From contig CM069155.1 in NCBI GenBank assembly GCA_035221665.1, positions 30,256,001 to 30,320,000 of the forward strand: a stretch of 64,000 bases of DNA. Reading direction: 5' to 3'. The first letter of the stretch is position 1. Each line of letters opens with the position of its first letter. The notes under the pieces are model-generated. The model was not told where the DNA came from. It made no database searches and saw nothing but the letters and a program-made list of their open reading frames with translations. Below are positions 12,622 to 23,405 of the stretch, in pieces. Made by a program: the position numbers and the translations under genes. This stretch comes from Okamejei kenojei (Eukaryota).

Positions 12622-13059
12622 CTGTAAGTACCAAAATCCTGGCCTGTACTAACAGTCCTTTTTGTGAATTGCACCGGTTTTCATCAGGAAAAGTGTTCAA
12701 ATGCCCTATTTTCTTGGTGTATAGAAGGGTTGGCAGTTTCAGCCCATCAACTGTATGCGTCCCACAATAATTTTATCTGTAAATAACTTCCTCCACATTC
12801 TAATTGTCCATTATAAATTGCCCCTGGTATCTACCTCTACTTAAACATTTTTAATGGGCATTAATTCCACTGACGAGCTTTCCCTTTGGGAAGTGATAGT
12901 GAATATAATAAAACCACTGCTGAAAGGTACTCTTGGTCACACAAGGCAGGGCAGTGATTTTTCTTCCAACTATATTTCGGCTCATTACACCCATTAGTTG
13001 GGCTGTAGGCAACTGCATTTGACTCTCTGCCCCTAATGCACTGACAGGCATTTACTTAC

Positions 13060-13226
13060 TATAGACGCTGTATGTCGGAATTAGTCTTGTAAACTGCTAT
13101 CGTATTTATGATCATTTTTGTGGCACATGTGCCAAATGCAAGATGTATGCTTTTGTCTTATCTGACCATACAACCTTTGCTTATTCCTACAGCCCAGAAT
13201 GTATTGGCATTCCAAAGCTGGTCTGA
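13060..13226 (-). other. Candidate internal exon containing a start codon at 13115
   Basis: Strong acceptor ttttttcttctcag and donor ata|gtaagt; ATG with A at -3; ends in phase 2, matching the 12621 exon. Confidence 0.4.
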
Positions 13227-14004
13227 CTGAGAAGAAAAAATCTTCAAAATTAAAATTATGGTTCTTGTTATGTGCAGCATGTCCCTTGATCTGTTGCACA
13301 CATTCATATTGTTTTAATTACATTGACGGTACCAAAGCAATTCTCTGTGTTAGTAAAGACATTTTATAATTGTTCATGTTCAAGTATGTTCTTGCTTTGT
13401 TCCTATGTTGTGAAATGGTACAACGTTAAGGCAATTTGTTTGTCAAAGGTTTATAGCAAATTGTGTGTTCTGGGGGGGGAACGCACTCGGCATTGCAGGC
13501 AAAATGATGACAGTGTTCAATGCTGACAGTCTTGAGAAAGATGATCTTCCACCATGTTTACCTCTTTCCTGTGGGTTATTCTAGGACTTTGAACCTTTGG
13601 CAATGTGGGAACAGTGATATATCTACAAATAATGTTGCATAGGTTGAATTGTGTACCCATTAGTCATAACTTTATATTTCCTTTCTAAGGTACTCTGAAG
13701 TTTTGAGAAATGAACAAGAAGAGTCCAGTATCTGGGATGTTACAATTTAGTGCAAATTACAGATTTGTACCTGGATATTCATTTGGTTAATTGTAATTTC
13801 CACCCCATTTTATCATTTTGAAATGGAATGTGCACTGCATTGAATGTGTTCTTCCATTCAAGTTAAATCCCATTTTGGTAACTTCAGATATTGAAGTTAT
13901 GCATTTCTGCATTTCTGAATTTTAGATTCCAGCATTTGCAGTATTTTGCGTTTAAATCCATTTAGGTGGATACCCTGAGAAAGCATTGGTTCGCTCGCGA
14001 GCGG

Positions 14005-14162
14005 CACACCACACACTAACACACCTCACACACACACACCCCACACCACAACACACACACACCCACAACTACACCAACACACACCACACTCACACACTCA
14101 CTCTCACAACTCCAACTCTCTCACAACACACTCTCACACTCACACTCTCTCACACTCTCTCA
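14005..14162. repeat. (AC)/(CT)-rich simple repeat
   Basis: Visible low-complexity tract near the contig end. Confidence 0.9.
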
Positions 14163-14257
14163 GTATAATATTTTATCTTGGGCCAGCTGGTTTCAGTGTA
14201 ATCTTTCTGCAGATTGTTTCAAAACTGTAGTAGAATGTATACTAATCTCTCTATGGA

Positions 14258-14757
14258 NNNNNNNNNNNNNNNNNNNNNNNNNNNNNNNNNNNNNNNNNNN
14301 NNNNNNNNNNNNNNNNNNNNNNNNNNNNNNNNNNNNNNNNNNNNNNNNNNNNNNNNNNNNNNNNNNNNNNNNNNNNNNNNNNNNNNNNNNNNNNNNNNNN
14401 NNNNNNNNNNNNNNNNNNNNNNNNNNNNNNNNNNNNNNNNNNNNNNNNNNNNNNNNNNNNNNNNNNNNNNNNNNNNNNNNNNNNNNNNNNNNNNNNNNNN
14501 NNNNNNNNNNNNNNNNNNNNNNNNNNNNNNNNNNNNNNNNNNNNNNNNNNNNNNNNNNNNNNNNNNNNNNNNNNNNNNNNNNNNNNNNNNNNNNNNNNNN
14601 NNNNNNNNNNNNNNNNNNNNNNNNNNNNNNNNNNNNNNNNNNNNNNNNNNNNNNNNNNNNNNNNNNNNNNNNNNNNNNNNNNNNNNNNNNNNNNNNNNNN
14701 NNNNNNNNNNNNNNNNNNNNNNNNNNNNNNNNNNNNNNNNNNNNNNNNNNNNNNNNN
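14258..14757. other. Assembly gap (500 N)
   Basis: Run of exactly 500 N; the round number suggests an unsized scaffold join. Confidence 0.99.
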
Positions 14758-14923
14758 AATGTACAGTATGTTTGTTAAAAAACTTCCCTCATATCTTGTA
14801 GTTCCTTTAATGAGTGCTGTGGATTGAATATTGTGCAGTTTTGGACATTACTCCCGTGTGCCGGGCTTTGCATGTGCGGTGCAGTAAAGTCATATCTTAA
14901 TTGAACAACTATTTTCTCCTCAG

Positions 14924-15004
14924 TTGCGTCGAATGCAAGAGATGATTGTTCAGATGCAAGCACAGATGAGAATGAAGCCTGCAGATAATGGAGATGGACA
15001 TTGA
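14924..15004 (+). CDS. SEPTIN2: Last coding exon of a septin-2 group gene (possibly the septin-2-like paralogue)
   Basis: Acceptor attttctcctcag, then phase 0 LRRMQEMIVQMQAQMRMKPADNGDGH*, matching the septin-2 C-terminal coiled coil (LRRMQEMIARMQAQM in human); possible donor gtgagc at 15008 just after the stop. Confidence 0.88.
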   Translation: MRRMQEMIVQMQAQMRMKPADNGDGH

Positions 15005-15569
15005 GTAGTGAGCCAGTTCTGCTTTTATATACCGGTAAGAGCCATTAATGATCTTAATTTGTCCCTACATTTTGCTATTTGTGAACTATTGGAAACTGGA
15101 TGTCAAACAAATCCCATCGAAGCACCCTCACCTGACCATCAATCCTTGAACAGAGAATCTGAATTATTATCATCTAAAAGGAAGCCATCCAGCTCATTTA
15201 GTCAATGTTGCCGCTCTGTAGATCAATTCAGTCAGTCTTCGACAAGATTACTTTCCTGAAGTCCGTTCCACACTTGAAATCAGCAAGTTGATTCTGCTTT
15301 CACCATCTACATGTCATTGAGTTTCTGCTTATTATCATTTGCTCTCTTATTTTGAAAAAAATTATTCCTCACTTACATTCCCCCTTCACAGGCCTGACCA
15401 AATCTGTGATTTTCTAGTTCTGAACTATCAATCTATAGAATAGATATTTGTGTCTATTTCCTCCAATCCTATCAATCATCATTCAAACTTTCTAGTTCCA
15501 AGAAAATCAACCCCAAAATTCCCCACTTAATTATTGTAGTCAATATCTTCTTTCGGAACCAAAATAACT

Positions 15570-15757
15570 GGAATAACTCTGGTACAGGCAGCACTCTGTA
15601 GAGCGGGAATTGGTGACATGTCAGAATCGAACGTCTTGGTGCCCTTAAACATCAACATTACTGCTCTCCCCAGAGATGCTGCCTTTCCGCTGAGTTCTCT
15701 ACATTTCTTTTAGCTATCTTTGGTGTAAACCAGCATCTGCAGTTCCTTCCCACACAT
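15570..15757. mobile_element. Degraded inverted pair of Penelope pLTR repeats
   Basis: ctggaataactc..acaggcagcactctgtagag followed by ctcccagagatgctgcc..taaaccagcatctgcagttccttcc. Confidence 0.6.
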
Positions 15758-16167
15758 AAGCTTCTTTCAGGTGCAGAATCATTATATACAGTGCCCTCCA
15801 TAATGTTTGGGACAAAGAACCATTATTTATTTATTTGCTTCTGTACTCCACAATTTGAGATTTGTAATAGAAAAAAATCATGAGGTTAAAGTGCACATTG
15901 CCAGATTTTATGAATGGGTATGTTTATACATTTTAGTTTCACCATGTAGAAATTACAGCTGTGTTTATACATAGTTTCTCTCCCCCCCCCCCCCCCCCCC
16001 CTATTTCAGGGCACCATAATGTTTGGGACACATGGCTTCACAGTTGTTTGTAATTGTTCAGGTGTGTTTCAATGCCTCCTTAATGCGGGTATAAGAGAGG
16101 TCGCAGCACCTAGTCTTTCTTCCAGTCTTTCCATCACCTTTGGAAACTTTTATTGATGTTTATCAAC

Positions 16168-17317
16168 ATGAGGACCGAGTTGCACCAATGAAAGTCAAAG
16201 AAGCCATTATGAGACTGAGAAACAAGAATAAAACTGTTAGAGACATTACCCAAACCTTTGGCTTACCAAAATCCACTGTTTGGAACATCATTAAGAAGAA
16301 AGAGAGCACTGGTGAACTTACTAATCGCAAAGGGACAAGGAATCAATCCTCCACAGCTGATAACAGAAAAACTATTTCCATAATAAAGAAAAATCCCCAA
16401 ACACCTGTCGGACAGATCAGAAACACTCTTCAGGAGTCAGGTGTGGATTTGTCAATGACCGCTGTCCGCAGAAGACTTCATGAACAGAAATACAAAGGCT
16501 ACACAGCAAGATGCAAAGCACTGGTTAGTCGCAAAAATAGGATGGCCAGGTTACAGTTTGTCAAGAAGTACTTAAAAGATCAACCACAGTTCTGGAAAAA
16601 GGTCTTGTGGGCCGATGAGACAAAGATTAACTTATATCAGAGTGATGGCAAGAGCAAAGTATGGAGGAGAGAAGGATGTGTAAGAAAGAACTGCTGATGC
16701 TGATTTGAAACGAAGGTAGACACAAAATGCTGGAGTAACTCAGCGGGTAAGTGTCCATCTCTGGAGAGAAGGAATGGACGACGTTTCGGGTCGAGACCCT
16801 TCTTCCGACTGATCAATGGGCGACGTTTCGGGTCGAGACCCTTCTTCGGACAGGAGAGAAGGAACCGCCCAAGATCCAAAGCATACCACCTCATCTGTGT
16901 AACACGGTGGTGGGGGTGTTATGGCCTGGGCTGCTGAAGGTACTGCCTCACTTATCTTCATTGATGATACAACTGCTGATGGTAGTAGCATAATGAATTC
17001 TGAAATGTATAGACACATCCTATCTGCTCAAGTTCAAACAAATGCCTCAAAACTCAAAGGAGCTTTTCAAAGCATAAAAAATGGTAAATTCTTGAGTGGC
17101 CAAGACAATCACCCGATCTGAACCCAATTGAGCATGCCTTTTATATGCGGAAGAGAAAACTGAAGGGGACTAGCCTCCAAAACAGCATAAGCTAAAGACA
17201 GCTGCAATACAGGCCTGGCAGAGCATCACCAGAGAAGACACCCAGCAACTGGTGATGTCCATGAATCGCAGACTTCAAGCAGTCATTGCATCCAAAGGAT
17301 ATGCAACAAAATACTAA
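16168..17317 (+). pseudogene. Inactivated Tc1 transposase
   Basis: HTH region (GLPKSTVWNIIKK), WADETK, SPDLNPIEH and KGYATKY* motifs; frameshifts, missing DNDPKH segment and an insertion at 16677-16851. Confidence 0.92.
16677..16851 (-). mobile_element. Penelope pLTR-derived insertion with a tandemly duplicated hammerhead-like segment
   Basis: Interrupts the transposase; flanked by 12-bp duplication aggagagaagga (16665-16676, 16852-16863); cgacgtttcgggtcgagacccttcttc occurs twice. Confidence 0.9.
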
Positions 17318-18991
17318 ACATAACTACTATCATTTACATGACATTGCTGTGTCCCAAACATTATGTTGCCCTGAAATGGGGGGACTATATAAACATTTTT
17401 CTACATGGTGAAACCAAAATGTATAAAAATATACTTTATTAAAATCTGACAATGTACACTTTAACCACGTGTGATTTTTTTTCTATTACAAATCTCAAAT
17501 TGTGGAGTACAGAGGCAAATAAATAAATGATGGGTCTTTGTCCCAAACATTATGGAGGGCACTGTATGAGCACTCTTGCAAAAATCTGTTGCTGTTAGGT
17601 TTGGACTTTCTTTACATAAATGCAGACCGTTTCAAATTCTGAAATGTTCCCTCACAAATTTGGACAGAAGATAGCAGACTCCGAAACCATTCCCATAAGA
17701 AAATGTGTAAATAGGAATATTTAACTATGGACAGGATTTCTCTATGGAGGAAGCCAAGATTGAAAGCCAGAACTGTCGTGTGATGGTTCTTGTAGGGAAG
17801 AGCCGACTTAAGTTCATGACTACATTGTGAAAATGGCTTAACAGCAAAGGATTAAAATGTGGGAGCTTTCTTGACTAGCTCAGAAAGCCCAGCTAGGTCT
17901 TTACTATGGAACGTTCTGTCCTGTTGGCTGAATGGAGCCCAGTTGCAAAACAAAATCAAAGCAACAGCTGGAAGATAGCTGCAATTAATTTTTTTCATAA
18001 ATGTTTAGGATTGTACTGTTCTACCGCAGAGTTTCTAATTTGGGAGAGGAATGTATGTGAAAATATGAAACAGGAGAAAATAGGGAATCTGTCGGCTATA
18101 TTTTAAACAATGCCGCAAAGAATCCTCCCACTGCTTCTGTTTAATTGCTTCCATCTCGGCATGTTTCTCAAGCTGTCCAATCAAGCCGTTGTGCAGTTCT
18201 GTGGAATTCGAACTGTAAGGCTGGCCAGAGGTCAAATGGACCCCAAGATACGCCTCTTTTTTTCAAATATTTCTTCTTTTTTCTATGCAAGGTGGGGGGG
18301 GGGGGGGGGGGGAGGAGGAGGTTGTTTATGTTTCAGAAAGCTTCAAATTACGAGCTCTTGAGAGTTGTATCTCTGAACAACTTCCTGTTTGTGTGGGTGG
18401 TTTGCGTTATTTTGTCTGCAGAAGATAATTGTAAATTTGACTGACAGGGCTAGCTGACAGCGGGAAAGCAGAATGTTCACAGTGCTAATTCTGCTGCTGT
18501 TTTCCTTCAGATTAAAGCTGCAACGTTGTTTTCCATGTTATCAGTCACAGAGTTGAAATTCCCGTAATGTTAGTCTTTCTTGGAAGTAGCAGGGGCACCA
18601 CAATGTTGTTTGCTAATATGACACAAGGCCATTTTAACAATGTTTGCTCATTGAAACCTTGCTGCTAATTTGTTTCTCTTCTTTGCTCTTAAACCATAGC
18701 TCAACAAATAGTTAATTTTCAAAATCTGGTTTGGTATATTAAAAACATTGTTCTGTCTAGTTTCATCACTTTTTCGGACATTGCATCCTGCATTACTATA
18801 ATTCCCTGCATAAAATAATTTCTTATCTCATCTCTAGTGCATTTGCCGAAGAATGTTGGAGCATATAGAAAATTTAAATCCATTCTATTTGCATTTTAAA
18901 CCAACATTCCTGGAATACGAATCACACCTAAAAATCTCCCTGACTGGTGGGATCTCCTATTAGCAGAAAGCAGTGTTTCATTCCTTAGTTT

Positions 18992-19132
18992 CCGCTTCGT
19001 CTTCTTGCGTATGGAATGTACAGCCTAAAGTTGTAGGTCAACTTGTTCTATTTGATCTATTTGTTTGAGCTCGTCGGGTTGATTGCATTAGTCGAAACAG
19101 GGTGGACCACGTGAAGGTTGCAATCTCCCAAG
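18992..19132 (-). mobile_element. Short non-autonomous retroelement (Vingi/ingi- or RTE-type SIDE/SINE)
   Basis: 9-bp TSD ccttagttt (18983-18991, 19133-19141); degenerate (AAG)n-like 3' tail on the minus strand; structured 5' end. Confidence 0.75.
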
Positions 19133-19134
19133 CC
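19081..19134 (-). ncRNA. Minimal HDV-like self-cleaving ribozyme fold
   Basis: GGCUUGG GA GAUUGCA ACC UUCACGU GGU CCACCCU G UUUCGA CUAA UGCAAUC: P2 7/7, P3 3/3, HDV-type L3, J4/2 CUAA, G1.U wobble; P1 has 2 mismatches in this copy. Confidence 0.72.
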
Positions 19135-19344
19135 TTAGTTTATGCTGAATTAGCAGATTACACTTGCGGATGGGGAGTGGTTTACACAAACACAATAATA
19201 CATTTTACTCTCTTAGGCCTGTTTGCTGAGATCCTGTGAGTAACTCTAAGTAGGCCATGCTCCCATATTTTATAAAATCGGCATTACAATTAACCATTGC
19301 CCTAACATCAATTGGTGTTCCAAACTTTGATCAGCTTTTTAATG

Positions 19345-20900
19345 TACAATCACAGCGAATACATCACGATTGTTACCGACTTCACAAGGAGCTGTGTGGA
19401 GGTCTGTGTTGCCATCAAAATCATCCGAGTGTTTCCCAATCAGAAGCCTTGGATGAACCAGGAGCTCCACAATCTTCTGAGGATCAAATCTCAGGCATTC
19501 AAGTCTGGCAACAATAAGGCCATCAATAAGACAAAGCGACACTTTTGCGCTTAATTGGAGGATGAGACGGACGTTCAGCAGCTGTGGCATGCCATCACCT
19601 CATCAAAAGCAAAACCAAGTGGCATCGCAAGCGACAATGAGACATCGCTCCTGGACAAGAACAATGCATTCAGTGCATACTTCCAAAGCAAGAAACATTG
19701 ATGTGCCTTCGCAAGCCACCATAGCCCCCCCGATGGCTAATCTCAGTCACTGAGGCCGACATCAGAAGATCTTTCATAAGCGTGAACCCTCAGAAAGCAT
19801 CTGGACCTGATGGAGTACCTGGCCACTTTCCCAAAACCTGCACGGAAACAACTGGCTGGAGTATTTGTGGACATTTCATCCTTTTATTACTAAGGCCTGA
19901 GGTTCACACCTGCTGTAAAAGGGCATCAACAATACTTGTGCCCAAGAAGAAAAAGGTAACATGCCTCAATGATAACCAACCGGTGGCACTAACGTCTGTG
20001 GTAATGAAGTGCTTTGAGAGGTTTGTAATGGTTCATAGTAACTCCTAACGTAGCAAGAATATGGATCCACTACAATTTGCCTATCACCACAATAGATGTA
20101 TTGGGGATGTGATCTTGCTGGCTCTTCACTCTGCACTGAACCACTTGGACAGTAGGAACACATGGGCCAAACTGTTGCTCATTGATTATAGCTCGCCATT
20201 CAACACAATTATCCTGTCCAAGAATCTATTCAAGCCCAGGAAACTGCGTCACTAAACAACCCTACGCAACTGGATCCTCGGCTTCCTCATCAACAATTGG
20301 CACGAGTTGGCAACAAAACCTCTTCCTCAATAACTATCATCACAGGAACACCTCAGTCTCCCATTGTACTCTATGCCCATGACTTTGTAGCCAGGCACAG
20401 TTCCAACTCCATCTTTACATTTGCTGGCAACGCCACTGTTGGTGGATGAATTACAGGAGATGATAAATCTGAGTACCAAGGAGCTGATTGTTGACCTTAG
20501 AAGAGGGAGACCGAGGATCCATGAATGCGTCAACATGGATGGATTGGCGGTGGAGAGAGTCATCAACTTCAACTTTTTTCTGCGTACTTATCACTGAAAA
20601 TCTGTCTTGAGCCCAGCATATCGACGCAATCATAAAGAAAGCCAATCAACACCTGTCCTTTCGTCGAAAATTGAGGAGATTCAATATGTCGACAATTATT
20701 CTCTTGTCTGAAAACCATTAACTCCAAGTTCAAGAACAGCTTCTCCCAGCAACCATCAAGCTCTTGACGCTAGAAACACTAACTGAACTATGAACTACAA
20801 TCTGTCTTGTGTGCACGAAGGATGCCAGGCTTTTTGCAATAATATTGGGATTTTTAATTTATTGATTTTTGCTTTGTTCATTATGTTATCTATGAGTATT
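19345..20900 (+). mobile_element. Degraded Rex1/Babar-clade LINE (RT region to 3' end)
   Basis: ORF fragments FPNQKPWM, KASGPDGVPG, PVALTSVVMKCFER, DPLQFAY, LLIDYSSPFNTI. Confidence 0.85.
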
Positions 20901-20959
20901 GTGTTTACAGACCAGTAATGAAACAGCTGAGAACGCATCTTTGCGAGGCATCGATGTTA

Positions 20960-21700
20960 ATAATTATCATGGTGGACGTTTTGGCATCCCTCCTTCCTCA
21001 TTGTGATCCATGGGTCAGGAAATCGAGGATCCAGAGGCAGAGGGGGTACTGAGTCTTATGTCCAGGAGTTTGGAGATGAATTTGACAGGAAGTATGGCAT
21101 TGAAGGCAAAGCTACAGTCAATACATAAGTCTCACATAGGAGTCCTTGTTATCCAGATGTTCCAGAGATTAGTATAGGCACAGGGGGATGGTGTTCACCG
21201 TGGATCTGGTGCAATTGCTGTTTTGGAGGTATAACAGTTCCATAACCATCTCTCAAAACACTTCATGAACATCAGAGCCATTAGACAGCAGTCATTAGCG
21301 CAGGCTTCCTTGGTTTTCTTTGGGACCGGGGTGCTTGTGGTCTTCTTAAAGCAGTACGAACCTCAGAATAGAGTAGTGAGTGGTTAAAAATGACCACGAA
21401 TATTCCTATCAGCTTGTCTGAGAAGGTTCTGGTCGGGTTCTCCATCCAGGCCAGTCACTTTCAGGAAGGTCGATGTGACATCAATAACAGTGGGTACAGG
21501 TGCTCCTGGGGCTGTGGAAGTTAGTGAAATCATTCCACTGACGCTCTTTTCGAAAGCGAGCATGGAATGCATTGAGCTCTTTGTTTTGTATCCATTATTG
21601 CATGCAAGCCTTGCCACAATTGGCAGGTCTGCATGGTTAGCCTTTGACCTGGAATTGATCTGGAATTTTCCCTTGATATTCTTGACGGCTTTTTGTTAGG
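20960..21700 (-). mobile_element. Degraded Rex1/Babar-clade LINE fragment, opposite orientation
   Basis: Minus-strand remnants of the same RT region (KVTGLDGEP.., ctttgccttcaatgcc, tggatcctcgatttcct). Confidence 0.6.
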
Positions 21701-22484
21701 GGGAGAAATAGAATTAGATGTTTTTAAGAACAAATGGTTGCCTAAATATTTGAATCGGAATTGAATACATCATAGACACATTGGACAACTGTGCAGAGGC
21801 GCTCCAGTTCAGATATTAGCAGTAATCAATATACTTATCATTTTGCATTGTCCGAATAAGAGAATGATGTAACACTGAAGGACATAAGCCTATTATATCT
21901 GTAATAGTTCTTCAAAAGTTATCTAATTAGTGTCACATCCGAGCTTATTCTACATCGTGCTATATATGTTTTTATCATATTCCTATTTTAAAGTTACTTG
22001 CAAATTTGTTTCCACTTGCCTTTTGTGCTGCGCTTCAAATTTCAACAACTCTCTAAATTTAGAAAAAATCCGCATATTGCTTCTGGTTCCCTTGGCTCTC
22101 CCCTTAAAATCATGCTGCCTGTGTAATGATCCTTTGCCCGAGGAACCAGTTTCCCCTTGCGTGCTATTATCGCAAATCTTCTGTTTTTTAGGATACCTCT
22201 AAAAATTATTTTCTCGGCCTTCTCTATTGTATGGAGAATTATCCCATCTCATCCAGCCCCTGCACAAAATAATGCAAGTTTTATATGTCCCCTCTACACC
22301 CTCTGTAAGTGATCTTGTCATCCTTTTCAATGCGTGGTGCAACAAACAAGTGCACAGGTTCGAGGGATGTTCATGGATACTCGCATCTGAAGCACATCTG
22401 TGTCAAAAACGTTTGCACAACTTATCCTTCTGGATGGGACAACTGAAATCAATTGTTTATTTTTAACAAGACTCTGAAATCTTA

Positions 22485-22757
22485 TTTAGTTTAGTTCAGA
22501 GATACAGTGTGGAAAAGGGTCCTTCAGCTCACTGAGTCTGCGCCACCGATCACACATACTAGTTCTAACCTACAGACTGGGGACAATTTACAGAAGCCAA
22601 TTAACCTACAAACCTGTACATCTTTGGAATGTGGGAGGAAACCGGAGCACCCAGAGAAAACCCATGCAGTCACAGGGAGAATGTACAGACAACACTCCGG
22701 GTCAGGATCGACCATGGGTCTCAGGCGCTGTATGTCTCAGCTGCACCACTGTGCCAC
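22485..22757 (-). mobile_element. HE1-type tRNA-derived V-SINE
   Basis: Reverse complement of the 61763-62075 family including the (TAAAC)n tail. Confidence 0.85.
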
Positions 22758-22803
22758 TAATATTATAACTAGTGACATCACATTATTACTGTGTCGGATC
22801 TGT

Positions 22804-23098
22804 GGGGTGGCAGTGTGGCATAGCGGTAGAGTTGCTATCTTGCACTACCAGAGACCCGGCTTTGATCCTGAGTACAGGTGCTGTCTGTACGGAGTTTGCA
22901 CGTTTTCCTTCTGACCTCGTGGGTTTTCACTGGGTGCTTCAGTTTCCTCCCACGTTTCAAAGACGTGCAGCTTGGTAGGTTGATTAGCTTCTGTAAATTG
23001 TCCCTAGTGTGTAGGATAGAACTAATGTACGGGTGGTCGTGGTCGGCCTGGACTCGGACGGCCCAAAAGCCTGTTTTTAATCTGTATCGCTATTTTTA
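22804..23098 (+). mobile_element. HE1-type tRNA-derived V-SINE
   Basis: A-box-like gtggcatagcgg, B-box-like tttgatcc, V-domain ctgtacggagtttgcacgtt.. Confidence 0.85.
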
Positions 23099-23341
23099 AA
23101 AATCCCTAAAAATATGATTACATATCTATATAGTGGGTGACATTAAAAGATGTTTTAGCTGTGGTGTATCCTGAACCTACAGTGGTTTCTGCAAGGTGTA
23201 TTAATTAGATCAGTCCCTAGCAGAGCAATTTTAAAAAAAACTGTTTTTAGGATTATGTGATGTTTTTCCTATTGAGGGATAAATTCAAAGCACAATTAAA
23301 AGGAAGTTGTCAATTCATAACACCATTCTGTTTTTCTCCAG

Positions 23342-23405
23342 GAATGGAATGAGCTGGGTCCTGTGGTTGCAAACACTCTTGATCTCTCAGATGCAATACT
23401 TGACT
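23342..23405 (+). other. Candidate 64-nt exon of an unknown transcript
   Basis: Strong acceptor ttctgtttttctccag and donor act|gtaagt; two frames open (EWNELGPVVANTLDLSDAILD / NGMSWVLWLQTLLISQMQYLT), neither recognised. Confidence 0.4.

Larger units (their letters stand above)
15789..17564 (+). mobile_element. Tc1/mariner DNA transposon, IR/DR type
   Basis: TA on both sides; long (about 240 bp) TIRs starting CAGTGCCCTCCATAATGTTTGGGACA, with inner repeat ccataatgtttgggaca at about 16014; transposase remnant inside. Confidence 0.96.

Noticed and set aside
14214-14801. 195-aa ORF
   Set aside because: Mostly X from the N gap.
14775-14963. Minus-strand 62-aa ORF
   Set aside because: Partly the antisense shadow of the septin exon; no independent support.
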